From: Oligoflexus sp.
GTDB taxonomy: Bacteria > Bdellovibrionota_B > Oligoflexia > Oligoflexales > Oligoflexaceae
Reading direction: 5' to 3'
Assembly (NCBI GenBank): GCA_041736305.1
Contig: JBGSTX010000240.1
Span: forward strand, 1 to 22,146
Length of the DNA: 22,146 bases
The translations under genes were made by a program, and so were the position numbers. This document shows, one piece after another, positions 8,466-17,368 of the stretch. Each line of letters begins with the position of its first letter. Within the stretch, counting starts at the first letter, position 1. The notes beneath the pieces are model-generated. The model had not been told where the DNA came from and ran no database searches. It was given only the letters and a program-made list of their open reading frames with translations.

Positions 8466-10691
8466 TTATAAAACCGCGATGCGACATTCGTTTCGGTAGC
8501 GATCCAAAGCTCGATCGACTGCCGGCATGAGCTGCCCTCTTTCGCTGGTTAAAGCACTGTAGGATGGCCTTTGCGCCTTCCAGCCCATTTCCTCCAGAGA
8601 CATAGGCAAAATGAGTTTGCGATCGAGCTTAAAGCGCTCGGCACCTAGACCTGCAAAGTCGAGCCAGCTCAGGGCTCCTCCATTGGCCAGATGCCAAATG
8701 CCGCTTTCACCATCGATAAGCAAGTCAAGACTCGAGTCGACTAGGTCAGGGAGATAGGTAGGCGAGAGCGTCAGACTGTCGACGATGCGCACTGTTTCTC
8801 CGCGGGCCAGTCGTCTCAAGGTGAAGGTCAGAAAGTTCCGCTCGTCCCATGGGCCGAAGAAGGCGCTGCTGCGAACGATCAGAGCTCTTTCATTGATCGT
8901 CATGACTTCCTGTTCAGCCTGGGCCTTACAGCGGCCATACACGCTGAGCGGTGCAACCACAGCCGTTTCCCGATAAGGGGCGAGCTCGGTGCCGTCGAAG
9001 ACGAGATCGCTAGAGAAGCTCAGCAGCTTAGTATTTTCGCGAGCACAAGCAGCAGCCAGAATCCGGGGACCAACCACATGGCCTAAGAAACAGCCCGAGG
9101 GGTCAGCTTCCGCTTTGTCGACTCCCGACGAACCGGCAGCATTGATAAGCGCCCAAGGTTTCAGCTCACGCAGTACCTCTTGGACGGCCTGTTCGTCGCT
9201 CACGTCGAGCTCTTGGCGTGAGAGGAGACGATAGGGCAAGCCCCGACGCTCGCAGACGTAGGCAAAAGCTGTGGCAAGTGCGCCCTTGCCGCCAGTGATC
9301 ACCAGCTCACGTGCTTTTGCTCTTTTGGCACTCCGCGTCAAATATCTATCATCCACGGCGTAGCGCGCCGAACTCGCTGCGGTTTGGCCAGAGAGGATTC
9401 GTACCGATGGATAGAGGAGACGATCAGGACGATGCCACCAGCCAGGTCCATCTAGCACAGGATGGTCATACTCTCGACCCTCGGCTAGGTGCCCCAGGAG
9501 TCTCGCAAGGGCCGTCGGGCGCGGTAGAGTCGATCGTAAATCGAAGACGCCTGGTTCGTAGCGACCGTCAGGTTTGGTAACCAAGGTGTCCCAGCCGTAG
9601 GCTCCGAGTAGACTCCAAGCTGTGACAGCTCGGATATCGACGCCTTCTGCGGCGAGTTGATGAGCTCCTTCCCAGATCTCCATGAACCACCGCAGTTGCT
9701 CGTCGCGCGTACAACCCATGTGAGCTTCGGTCACCGCGATTGGAATTCGATATCGATCCCAAACTTCGCGGAGTATAGCCTTAGGGCTCGCTAGATTTTC
9801 GGCGCCGACGCGCACGGCTTCTATATCTGCATAGCGGTGCCGACCATTGCCTCCGTGCGAGCTGGGTGGATAGCGCTCGAGACGTTCGTCGAGGAAGCGA
9901 TTGCTGGTGATGTAATGGTTGATTCCCAAGATCTGTGGCGGTACCGGCTCGCTCGCGAGAGCTAGCAGTTCGTCAGACTTCAGCCCGTGCTTTAGACAGA
10001 AGGACCAGAGAGGATGCCCCGGCTTTAGACGGCCGGTCAGCATATCGAGAGAAAGCCAGCGGCGCTCGTTCTCAAAGTTAGCTTGATAGGCGAGAAAAGG
10101 AGTGCTGAAGATTCTCCCCATATCTTCGGTCTGTATAAGCTGGGCGTCGGGGTTGAATTTTCGCACCGCTCGCATCGTGGCCATGATCGCTCGACACTCG
10201 ACCAAGAGCGCGCGTAGGAAAGTCTCGTCGCTGCGACCGTGCGGATACCAGACTCCGTAGAGTCCGCTGAAGCGCGCAGTCGTCAGTGGTTCATTGACCG
10301 GAGTGTAGGCTTCCACCCAAGGGTAGCGCGCAGCGAAGGCTGCTGCGAAATCAGCCAGTTTTTCCGGAAACTCCGGATCCAAGAGATGAGTATATTTCGG
10401 TCCACTGCCGTGGTGCACGAAGCCAACGATAACCCGCAAACCGAGCGCCTGAGCCTCAGCCAGGCGTTGATCCGTCGAGCTCCAGTCGATCTGCCGAAGG
10501 TCTTCCGGAGCCAGGCGTTCCCAGAGTACCGGGAACCTCAGAGCCTTGAGACCCAAGTTGGCAAAACGCTCGGCATCGCCTCGTCGCAATTCATGCCCAC
10601 TCATTTTAATCTGGTCGATGTAGGTATCGCCGACTCGATTAACGGTACATTCAATACCGCCCCAAAGTTCTATCCCGCTTGCCATCGTCAT
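8466..10691 (-). CDS. Fusion of a GH1-like (clan GH-A) glycoside hydrolase and an RmlD-like (dTDP-4-dehydrorhamnose reductase-type) extended SDR
   Basis: N-terminal domain: LWGGIEC, LRFPVLWER, TPVNEP (acid/base Glu), VTE (nucleophile). C-terminal domain: ITGGKGALA, INAAG, SSDLVFDG, YGRCK, SPTYLPDL. TAATG coupling to the upstream GT. Confidence 0.9.
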   Translation of the reverse strand: MTMASGIELWGGIECTVNRVGDTYIDQIKMSGHELRRGDAERFANLGLKALRFPVLWERLAPEDLRQIDWSSTDQRLAEAQALGLRVIVGFVHHGSGPKYTHLLDPEFPEKLADFAAAFAARYPWVEAYTPVNEPLTTARFSGLYGVWYPHGRSDETFLRALLVECRAIMATMRAVRKFNPDAQLIQTEDMGRIFSTPFLAYQANFENERRWLSLDMLTGRLKPGHPLWSFCLKHGLKSDELLALASEPVPPQILGINHYITSNRFLDERLERYPPSSHGGNGRHRYADIEAVRVGAENLASPKAILREVWDRYRIPIAVTEAHMGCTRDEQLRWFMEIWEGAHQLAAEGVDIRAVTAWSLLGAYGWDTLVTKPDGRYEPGVFDLRSTLPRPTALARLLGHLAEGREYDHPVLDGPGWWHRPDRLLYPSVRILSGQTAASSARYAVDDRYLTRSAKRAKARELVITGGKGALATAFAYVCERRGLPYRLLSRQELDVSDEQAVQEVLRELKPWALINAAGSSGVDKAEADPSGCFLGHVVGPRILAAACARENTKLLSFSSDLVFDGTELAPYRETAVVAPLSVYGRCKAQAEQEVMTINERALIVRSSAFFGPWDERNFLTFTLRRLARGETVRIVDSLTLSPTYLPDLVDSSLDLLIDGESGIWHLANGGALSWLDFAGLGAERFKLDRKLILPMSLEEMGWKAQRPSYSALTSERGQLMPAVDRALDRYRNECRIAVL

Positions 10692-11986
10692 TATCCAGGA
10701 GCCATAGCGATTTTGCCACCAGCAGTGGACGATCCACTCTTGACTTTTGCGCTGCCGCTTATTTCAGCGCTAAAATGTGTCTGAGGTTGAGGATAACGAG
10801 GAATATTGCGAGTCGCCTCGCGTAGGGAGCTTCCACGCTCCAAGCCCTTATCCATCAAGCGCCACATCGAATCGAAGGTGCGATCCCAGGACTGCGAAGC
10901 TAGAAAGAGGTCGACCCGCTTCAGCCACTGTTCGCGCGCCGTAGGAGTCTGCGCGAGATGTGCCTCCGCGCAGGCTATGAAAGTGGCTGCGTCGTCTGCA
11001 ATAGAAACTAAACTCTTCTCGCCATATGGATATACGACGTCTCGGATCGAAGTTGAAATGACCCGACAACCCGCAGAAAGATATTCAGGCGTCTTGGTCG
11101 GGCTGATGTAGCGGGTAGCGTCATTGCGTGCGAAAGGCAGCATGGCGATATCCCAATCGGCTAAGCAGTAGGGAAGCTCGGCATAGGTCTTGGGACCTAG
11201 GTAGTGCACGTTGGAGTAGCGTGGGAGAGAGGCTGGATCAATTTTGACGATAGGTCCTACCATCACCAGGTTCCAGTCAGGTCTCTGCCGTGCGACGGCG
11301 TCGAGCAGCTCGATATCGAGCCGCTCGTCGATAACTCCGAGATAGCCGATCTTAGGGCCTTTTATTACTGGGTGGCCAGGTAGAGCTTCGATACTGCTGC
11401 GCGCTCTTATGAAATGCTGAACGTCGACACTGCTCGGGAAAGCATGCACGGAATGATGTTCTTCCCGCTTGGCTTCATAGAGGCTTTGGCCACCGGTGAA
11501 GACCAGATCGGATTTTCGAAAGAGCTCTTGTTCGAGAAGAGGAATCTCGCGTGAAGCGCCTTTGAAATGGGAAAGCTGATCCATGCAGTCGTAGACGCAA
11601 AGTTCCGGCTTGAGATGGCGAGAGAATTTCAAAGCCATCGGCGTATAATACCAGCTGATGAACGATTTGATATTTTGCTGCACCAGCAACTCATCGAGCA
11701 ACTTGCGTAAGGCCTGATTGTGCTCGGCTTCACTGAGGCCGTGGGGAAGATGAGGCACGGCGACTAAAGGTCCACCTTCTTCAGGCCGCAATTCAAGATA
11801 AGCAGCGCCATCGTGAAAGAAAGGTTCTTCAAAGAAAAAGACGCGCTGATGTTTGGCCGCACGGCTCAGGAGATGCTGCGGGCGTTGATAAACAAAATTC
11901 CAGCGTAGATGCGATAGACAAAGCAAGTCTAAGCCTTTGGCTCCGCCGTTCTTCATAACTAAATCCTGATGCGTGCGTTTGTTCAT
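10691..11986 (-). CDS. GT-B fold glycosyltransferase (GT4 / Glycos_transf_1-like)
   Basis: ATG 11986 follows GAGGAG. SHLRWNFVYQRPQHL, VYDCMD, DLVFTGG, GYLGVIDERLD, ISPTKTPEYLSAG. Confidence 0.9.
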   Translation of the reverse strand: MNKRTHQDLVMKNGGAKGLDLLCLSHLRWNFVYQRPQHLLSRAAKHQRVFFFEEPFFHDGAAYLELRPEEGGPLVAVPHLPHGLSEAEHNQALRKLLDELLVQQNIKSFISWYYTPMALKFSRHLKPELCVYDCMDQLSHFKGASREIPLLEQELFRKSDLVFTGGQSLYEAKREEHHSVHAFPSSVDVQHFIRARSSIEALPGHPVIKGPKIGYLGVIDERLDIELLDAVARQRPDWNLVMVGPIVKIDPASLPRYSNVHYLGPKTYAELPYCLADWDIAMLPFARNDATRYISPTKTPEYLSAGCRVISTSIRDVVYPYGEKSLVSIADDAATFIACAEAHLAQTPTAREQWLKRVDLFLASQSWDRTFDSMWRLMDKGLERGSSLREATRNIPRYPQPQTHFSAEISGSAKVKSGSSTAGGKIAMAPG

Positions 11987-12021
11987 CGATGACTCCTCTG
12001 ACGTCCTAAAAAAAGGCAGAT

Positions 12022-12037
12022 TGCAATTGGTGTACCG
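12022..12037 (-). promoter_or_regulatory. Putative sigma54 (-24/-12) promoter of the GT4 - GH1/RmlD - glf arm
   Basis: Minus strand CGGTAC-ACCAA-TTGCA, i.e. GG-N10-GC (consensus TGGCAC-N5-TTGCW), about 35 nt upstream of the GT start. Confidence 0.6.
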
Positions 12038-12190
12038 AAGATACAAGAAACCTAGCCTCAGGTGTTGAGAGATGGACAGAAGCAAGCTAAACATAAGGAA
12101 GCAGCATCCGTACATCTCGAGAATTTAGGAACTATGGCGTGATCAAACCCCAGGGACCTAGGTCTTTGGACTAGCTAAAAGGTGAGTGGT

Positions 12191-14041
12191 ATGTCACTAG
12201 AGCCTCAAACCTGTATTGATTTGAATATACATAATCTTCACCCGCGACCTCAGCTGTGTCGCAAGAGCTGGGCCTCTCTCAACGGGGCCTGGCGTTTTTG
12301 CTTTGATCAGGAGGGGCGTTACCACCACCCATCAGATGTCGCGAGCTGGCCGTTGACGATACAGGTACCGTTTGCGCCGGAAACCGAGTTGAGCGGTATA
12401 AAGGACACCGATTTTCATCGTGTGGTCTGGTATCAGAGGGATTTCGACCCAGCTGATCTGGACGGAGGTCGACTGCTCTTGCATTTCGGAGCTGTCGATT
12501 ACAACTCCAAAGTCTGGATCAACGGGCAATTCATGGGTTCGCACGAAGGGGGTTTCACGCCATTTACTTTCGATATTTCGGCGGTACTGATCCCTGGGCA
12601 GCTGCAAACGGTCACGGTGCGCGTCGAGGATGATCCCCATGACCTAGCCAAGCCTCGCGGCAAGCAGGACTGGCAGCGTGAGCCTCACAGCATCTGGTAT
12701 CCACGTACAACCGGTATCTGGCAAACGGTCTGGATGGAGGTCGTACCACCGATCTACATCGAAAGGTTACGCTGGACGCCGCATTTGGAACGCTGGGAAA
12801 TTGGCTTTGAAGCCTTTATGAACGGAAAAACGGATAAAGATACGCATCTAAAATTACGACTGACTGTAGGGGATCAGGTCCTTGTTAATGATATGTATCA
12901 GACGATACTCTCCGAGGTTCACCGTCGAATTGCACTATCAGACCCAGGGATTGATGACTTCCGCAATGAAATCCTCTGGAGTCCAGAGAAACCGACCTTG
13001 ATCCGAGCCGAGATAGAACTCTGGCTCGATGGAGTATGCATAGACCGCGTCGAATCTTACACGGCTCTGCGCAGTGTCGCGGTTCAGCACGGCGACTTCA
13101 TGCTCAATGGCCGACCCTACTATCTGCGCCTGGTGCTCGATCAGGGATACTGGAATGAATCACTTATGACGGCCCCCCATCCAGAGGCTTTTAAGCAGGA
13201 TATCGAGTTGGTCAAAGCGATGGGTTTTAATGGGGTGCGCAAACATCAAAAAATTGAGGATCCGCAGTTTCTCTTCTGGGCCGATGTCATGGGACTCTTG
13301 GTTTGGGAAGAAATGCCGAGCGCCTATCGCTTTACTCACGATGGGGTAGAGCGACTCTGTCGCGAGTGGATAGAGGTGATCGATCGCGATTATAGTCATC
13401 CTTGCATCATCACCTGGGTCCCTTTCAATGAATCGTGGGGGGTTCCCGACCTCAGTGAAAAAGCTTCGCATCGGAACTGTGTCCAGGCTCTCTATCACCT
13501 CACGAAAACGCTGGATTCAACCCGACCCGTCGTCGGTAATGATGGCTGGGAAAGCACAGCCACCGACATCATAGGCATCCATGACTACGACAATAGGCCC
13601 GATGGCTTGCTTGAGCGCTACGGCCCGGCCTTGAGTGCAGGAGACATCCTAGGTCGTCGCAGTCCTGCCGGGCGCATGCTGACTGTCGAGGGTTACGCTC
13701 ATACGAATCAACCCATGATGCTCACCGAGTTCGGCGGCATCGCCTATGCTCCCAGTGAGCAGGCAGCGGCGGTCAAAGCCTGGGGTTATGGCGTGAGCAA
13801 CAACATCCGCGACTTTCATCTCAAGTATTCTGCTCTCATTGCCACCGTCTACGATCTGAAAATTTTTCGCGGCTTTTGCTATACACAGTTTTCCGATACT
13901 TTTCAGGAGGCTAATGGCCTTCTTTATGCAGATAGAACTCCGAAGCTGCCTCTCGAGGAAATAGCAGCGGTCACGCGTGGCTATCCGCAAGAACGCTCGG
14001 AAATTACGCTGGAAGATCCTCTTGCGTCATTTCAGCACTAA
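12191..14041 (+). CDS. Cytoplasmic glycoside hydrolase family 2 (beta-galactosidase/galactofuranosidase-like)
   Basis: ATG 12191 follows AAGGTGAG. SLNGAWRF, LLHFGAVDY, HEGGFTPF, GIWQTVWME, LDQGYW, GFNGVRKHQK, PFNESWG (acid/base), LTEFGG (nucleophile). No signal peptide. Confidence 0.92.
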   Translation: MSLEPQTCIDLNIHNLHPRPQLCRKSWASLNGAWRFCFDQEGRYHHPSDVASWPLTIQVPFAPETELSGIKDTDFHRVVWYQRDFDPADLDGGRLLLHFGAVDYNSKVWINGQFMGSHEGGFTPFTFDISAVLIPGQLQTVTVRVEDDPHDLAKPRGKQDWQREPHSIWYPRTTGIWQTVWMEVVPPIYIERLRWTPHLERWEIGFEAFMNGKTDKDTHLKLRLTVGDQVLVNDMYQTILSEVHRRIALSDPGIDDFRNEILWSPEKPTLIRAEIELWLDGVCIDRVESYTALRSVAVQHGDFMLNGRPYYLRLVLDQGYWNESLMTAPHPEAFKQDIELVKAMGFNGVRKHQKIEDPQFLFWADVMGLLVWEEMPSAYRFTHDGVERLCREWIEVIDRDYSHPCIITWVPFNESWGVPDLSEKASHRNCVQALYHLTKTLDSTRPVVGNDGWESTATDIIGIHDYDNRPDGLLERYGPALSAGDILGRRSPAGRMLTVEGYAHTNQPMMLTEFGGIAYAPSEQAAAVKAWGYGVSNNIRDFHLKYSALIATVYDLKIFRGFCYTQFSDTFQEANGLLYADRTPKLPLEEIAAVTRGYPQERSEITLEDPLASFQH

Positions 14042-14089
14042 GGGATGAGCTATGGGTCCCATAAATCGCTCTGCCATTTGAGGTGACTC

Positions 14090-15181
14090 ATGTACAAGCA
14101 AAGTCTAACGAAGCCCGATGGGCGCTCGCTCAAACTCTATAGTCGACATCCGATCGATCCAACTCTGACAGCTCCCAGTCCTTCCCCAGTACCCATAGCA
14201 ATCAGTGGATCCCATATGCGTTGGCATCCTCTGCGGGGCGAATGGGTCGCCTACGCAGGCCATCGACAGGACCGGACTTTCCTACCGCCTAAAGAGTTCA
14301 ATCCACTGGCACCGAGCAACTCGCTCGAGCATCCCAGCGAGCTACCGCTAGGTGCTTATGATATGGCTGTATTCGATAATATGTTTCCAAGCCTTAGTCT
14401 GGGGGCGGGTCCAGCTCCTGAGATTCCTGGAATCAAAAGCATGCCTGCGCTAGGGGCCTGTGAGGTCGTGGTGTTTACGCAGGACGGGGATAGCTCGCTC
14501 GGCCGCCTGCCCCTCGATCAGATCAGTCTCTTACTCGAAGTCTGGTCTGATCGTATTCGCGAATTAGGCGCAAGACCTGAGCTGCAATATGTGATGCCCT
14601 TTGAAAACCGCGGCGTCGAAGTCGGTGTGACTCTCCATCATCCCCATGGCCAGATCTACGCCTATCCTTTCGTCCCGCCGGTGCCAGCTCGTTCTCTCGA
14701 GATGCAGCGTCGCCACCATGAGGAAAACGGGCGTACGCTGCTCAGCGACTTTATTCATAACGAATTGCAAAGTCGCAGCCGTATCCTCTACGAGGGCGGG
14801 GAAGCTCTCGCGTTTGTGCCAGCCTGCGCTCGCTATCCTTATGAAGTATGGGTAGCGCCCCGTCGTGCGGTGGGTCTCCTCAGCGATCTCGACGAAGCGG
14901 AGCGTCTCGATCTAGCCCGGGCGCTCAAAACAGTACTTCTTAAGTTTGATGGACTCTGGCAGAAGCCCTTTCCTTATCTTATGGTCCTCCAGCAAGCGCC
15001 CACCGATGGCCGAGCGCATCCGGAAGCGCATCTCTATTTCGAATTCTCGCCTCCCTATCGCAGTAAGGATCGTCTCAAATTCCTCGCCGGTACCGAATTG
15101 GGAGCGGGCTTATTCGCCAACGACAGTTTACCCGAAGCAAAGGCCCGGGAACTCCAGGCCGTGGAGGTATCTCTTGAATGA
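14090..15181 (+). CDS. galT: Galactose-1-phosphate uridylyltransferase
   Basis: RWHPLRGEWV..HRQDRT, CEVVVF, FENRG..VGVTLHHPHGQIYA (catalytic HPH), KFLAGTE. Confidence 0.95.
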   Translation: MYKQSLTKPDGRSLKLYSRHPIDPTLTAPSPSPVPIAISGSHMRWHPLRGEWVAYAGHRQDRTFLPPKEFNPLAPSNSLEHPSELPLGAYDMAVFDNMFPSLSLGAGPAPEIPGIKSMPALGACEVVVFTQDGDSSLGRLPLDQISLLLEVWSDRIRELGARPELQYVMPFENRGVEVGVTLHHPHGQIYAYPFVPPVPARSLEMQRRHHEENGRTLLSDFIHNELQSRSRILYEGGEALAFVPACARYPYEVWVAPRRAVGLLSDLDEAERLDLARALKTVLLKFDGLWQKPFPYLMVLQQAPTDGRAHPEAHLYFEFSPPYRSKDRLKFLAGTELGAGLFANDSLPEAKARELQAVEVSLE

Positions 15182-16259
15182 ACTCGAACAAAAATTAAGT
15201 CTCCTGCGGCAGCAGCTGACTAAACACCGACTGAGCGCTTTTCGTTTGCGGGGCAGCGATTGGTTCGCCTGGTGTTTGGGCGGCGCTTCAAACGCCGTCC
15301 TTCTATCATCTGAAACGGGTGTGGCCGAAGTTTTCGTTACCACGCGCGATGCCTATGTTCTCACCGACAATATCGAAGCTGATCGTTTCCTTCACGAAGA
15401 GGTGCAGAAACCCTATCTGCTCTGGAGCGCTCCCTGGCAAGACCTGACAGCGCGCGAGAGCTTTGTGCACGATCATCGACGCGGCGGAACTGTGGCGAGT
15501 GATCGACCGCGCGGCTATGAGCAGGCTCTGCCCGATGAAGTGTGGATGATGCGCCGGACTCTTCTACCCGAAGAGCTGACGCGCTATCGACAACTGGGCC
15601 GCGACGCAGCCAAAGCTATGAGCGAAGCCCTTGCAGATGCTAAACCCGAGTGGACGGAGTTTCAGCTGGCTGGACGAGGAGCCCAAGCCCTCTGGTCGCG
15701 CGGCATTCACCCGGCCCTGACTCTGGTGGGAGGCGCGCGACGTTTTCCTATCTACCGGCATGCGACACCTAGCAGCGAGCCTCTCGGTGAAAGGGCGATG
15801 CTGGTTTTCTGCGGCAGACGTCACGGTCTCTTTGCCAATCTCACCCGTTTTGTCTATTTTCGCCGCCCCACCGAGGCTGAACAGCGTCTCAAAGAAGATG
15901 TAGCTGCTGTCGAGGCTGCGGCATGGAAAGCAAGCGTGCCTGGGGCCAGCTTGGCGAGCGTCTATCAGACTCTCGTCAAAGCTTACGGCCAGCGTGGATA
16001 CTCTGGCGAACATCTCAAGCATCATCAAGGAGGGCCGACGGGCTATCTCGCGCGCGAAGAAGTCGCGGGTCCCGAATCGGAGCATCTACTTGGGCAACCT
16101 GAGGCTTTAGCCTGGAATCCTAGTATTACGGGAACAAAAATTGAGGACACGACCCTCTGTCTCGGAGCGGGACGTCCCGAAATTCTAACCGTCGATCCTG
16201 AGTGGCCGACTTTTGAGGCGGAACACGGACGGCGACCTGACTATTTGGTGCAAGCATGA
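15174..16259 (+). CDS. M24 (pita-bread) fold protein with a degenerate metal site
   Basis: In-frame TTG 15174 lies 6 nt after GGAGG and overlaps the galT end. M24-like motifs YRH, GLFANLTR, HHQGG..GY, WNPS, KIEDT. Confidence 0.85.
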   Translation: MNELEQKLSLLRQQLTKHRLSAFRLRGSDWFAWCLGGASNAVLLSSETGVAEVFVTTRDAYVLTDNIEADRFLHEEVQKPYLLWSAPWQDLTARESFVHDHRRGGTVASDRPRGYEQALPDEVWMMRRTLLPEELTRYRQLGRDAAKAMSEALADAKPEWTEFQLAGRGAQALWSRGIHPALTLVGGARRFPIYRHATPSSEPLGERAMLVFCGRRHGLFANLTRFVYFRRPTEAEQRLKEDVAAVEAAAWKASVPGASLASVYQTLVKAYGQRGYSGEHLKHHQGGPTGYLAREEVAGPESEHLLGQPEALAWNPSITGTKIEDTTLCLGAGRPEILTVDPEWPTFEAEHGRRPDYLVQA

Positions 16260-17368
16260 CGACTCTTTTTCAAGAACTCTTTGCGCGCCCACCGGAATCA
16301 TACGGCGAAGCCCCAGGCCGGGTGAATATTATCGGTGAGCATACTGACTACAACGGGGGTTTCGTCCTTCCTACGGCTATCCCACAGCGAACCCATATCA
16401 TCCTCGCGCCGCGCAGCGATGCCAATGTCCGTTTAGCAAGTAAGGACTTGGGTACGAGCATTCAAACCTGCGAATACGTTTTGGGGCAAGAAGAAGCCAA
16501 GCATCGATGGAGTGATTACATCGAAGGAGCCACTTGGCTCTTGCAGCAGAAGTCGATGCCCATCCAAGGCTTTGATGCGTTGATCGTATCAGATGTTCCG
16601 CTAGGGGCTGGTCTCTCATCGAGCGCCGCCCTCCTTGTGGCTCTTTTTCGCGGTCTTCGCCGCCTCTATCAGCTACCTATCGACGATGTGCAAATCGCGC
16701 TGATGAGTCAGACGGTAGAAAACGAATTTGTTGGGGCTCGCGTCGGCATCATGGATCAAATGGCGGCAAGTCTCGCGGATGCGGGGACAGCTCTTTTTCT
16801 CGATACGCGGAGCATGAATTTCGAGCGTATTCCCTTGCCGCTCAGCAAAATGGAGATGTTCATCATCAATTCAGGCATCAAGCATTCACACGCGCATGGG
16901 GGCTACAACACGCGCCGTACAGAATGTGAAAGCGCGGCTCAACTCCTCGGAATCAAGCAGCTGCGAGATTTCTCCGAGATGGATCTGCCCCAGCTAGAGC
17001 AACTTCCCGAAGTCTTACGCAAGCGGGCGCGGCATGTGATCACGGAGAATGCGCGCGTGCAGAGGGCGGTTCATGCCCTACTTGCGAGCGATCTCGAATA
17101 CCTCGGTCAGCTCATGATTCAGTCGCACGCCTCTATGCGAGACGACTATGAGGTTTCCGTGAGCGAAATCGACTTTCTAGTCCAGGTAGCCTGTGCGGAC
17201 CCAGCCGTTTACGGCGCGCGCCTCACTGGCGGCGGATTTGGAGGTTCTATAGTCGGTTTCTGCAGAACTGGTGAAGCCCATCGCATCGTTAACGATATCA
17301 AGCACCAGTATCAGGAGAAGCTAGGCCGTGAGGCGACGGTGATGGTGCCCGCTCCGGCAGCGAATTAG
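16256..17368 (+). CDS. galK: Galactokinase
   Basis: PGRVNIIGEHTDYNGG, PLGAGLSSSAA, GIMDQ, GARLTGGGFGG; ATGA overlap with the upstream gene. Confidence 0.96.
   Translation: MTTLFQELFARPPESYGEAPGRVNIIGEHTDYNGGFVLPTAIPQRTHIILAPRSDANVRLASKDLGTSIQTCEYVLGQEEAKHRWSDYIEGATWLLQQKSMPIQGFDALIVSDVPLGAGLSSSAALLVALFRGLRRLYQLPIDDVQIALMSQTVENEFVGARVGIMDQMAASLADAGTALFLDTRSMNFERIPLPLSKMEMFIINSGIKHSHAHGGYNTRRTECESAAQLLGIKQLRDFSEMDLPQLEQLPEVLRKRARHVITENARVQRAVHALLASDLEYLGQLMIQSHASMRDDYEVSVSEIDFLVQVACADPAVYGARLTGGGFGGSIVGFCRTGEAHRIVNDIKHQYQEKLGREATVMVPAPAAN

Noticed and set aside
11987-12115. 43-aa N-terminal extension of the glycosyltransferase
   Set aside because: A strong RBS precedes ATG 11986 and the extension overlaps the putative promoter.
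14946-15173. Long N-terminal extension of the M24-like ORF, and the ATG at 15178
   Set aside because: The extension lies inside galT; ATG 15178 is out of frame and closes after six codons. TTG 15174 has a GGAGG RBS, so no frameshift is needed.
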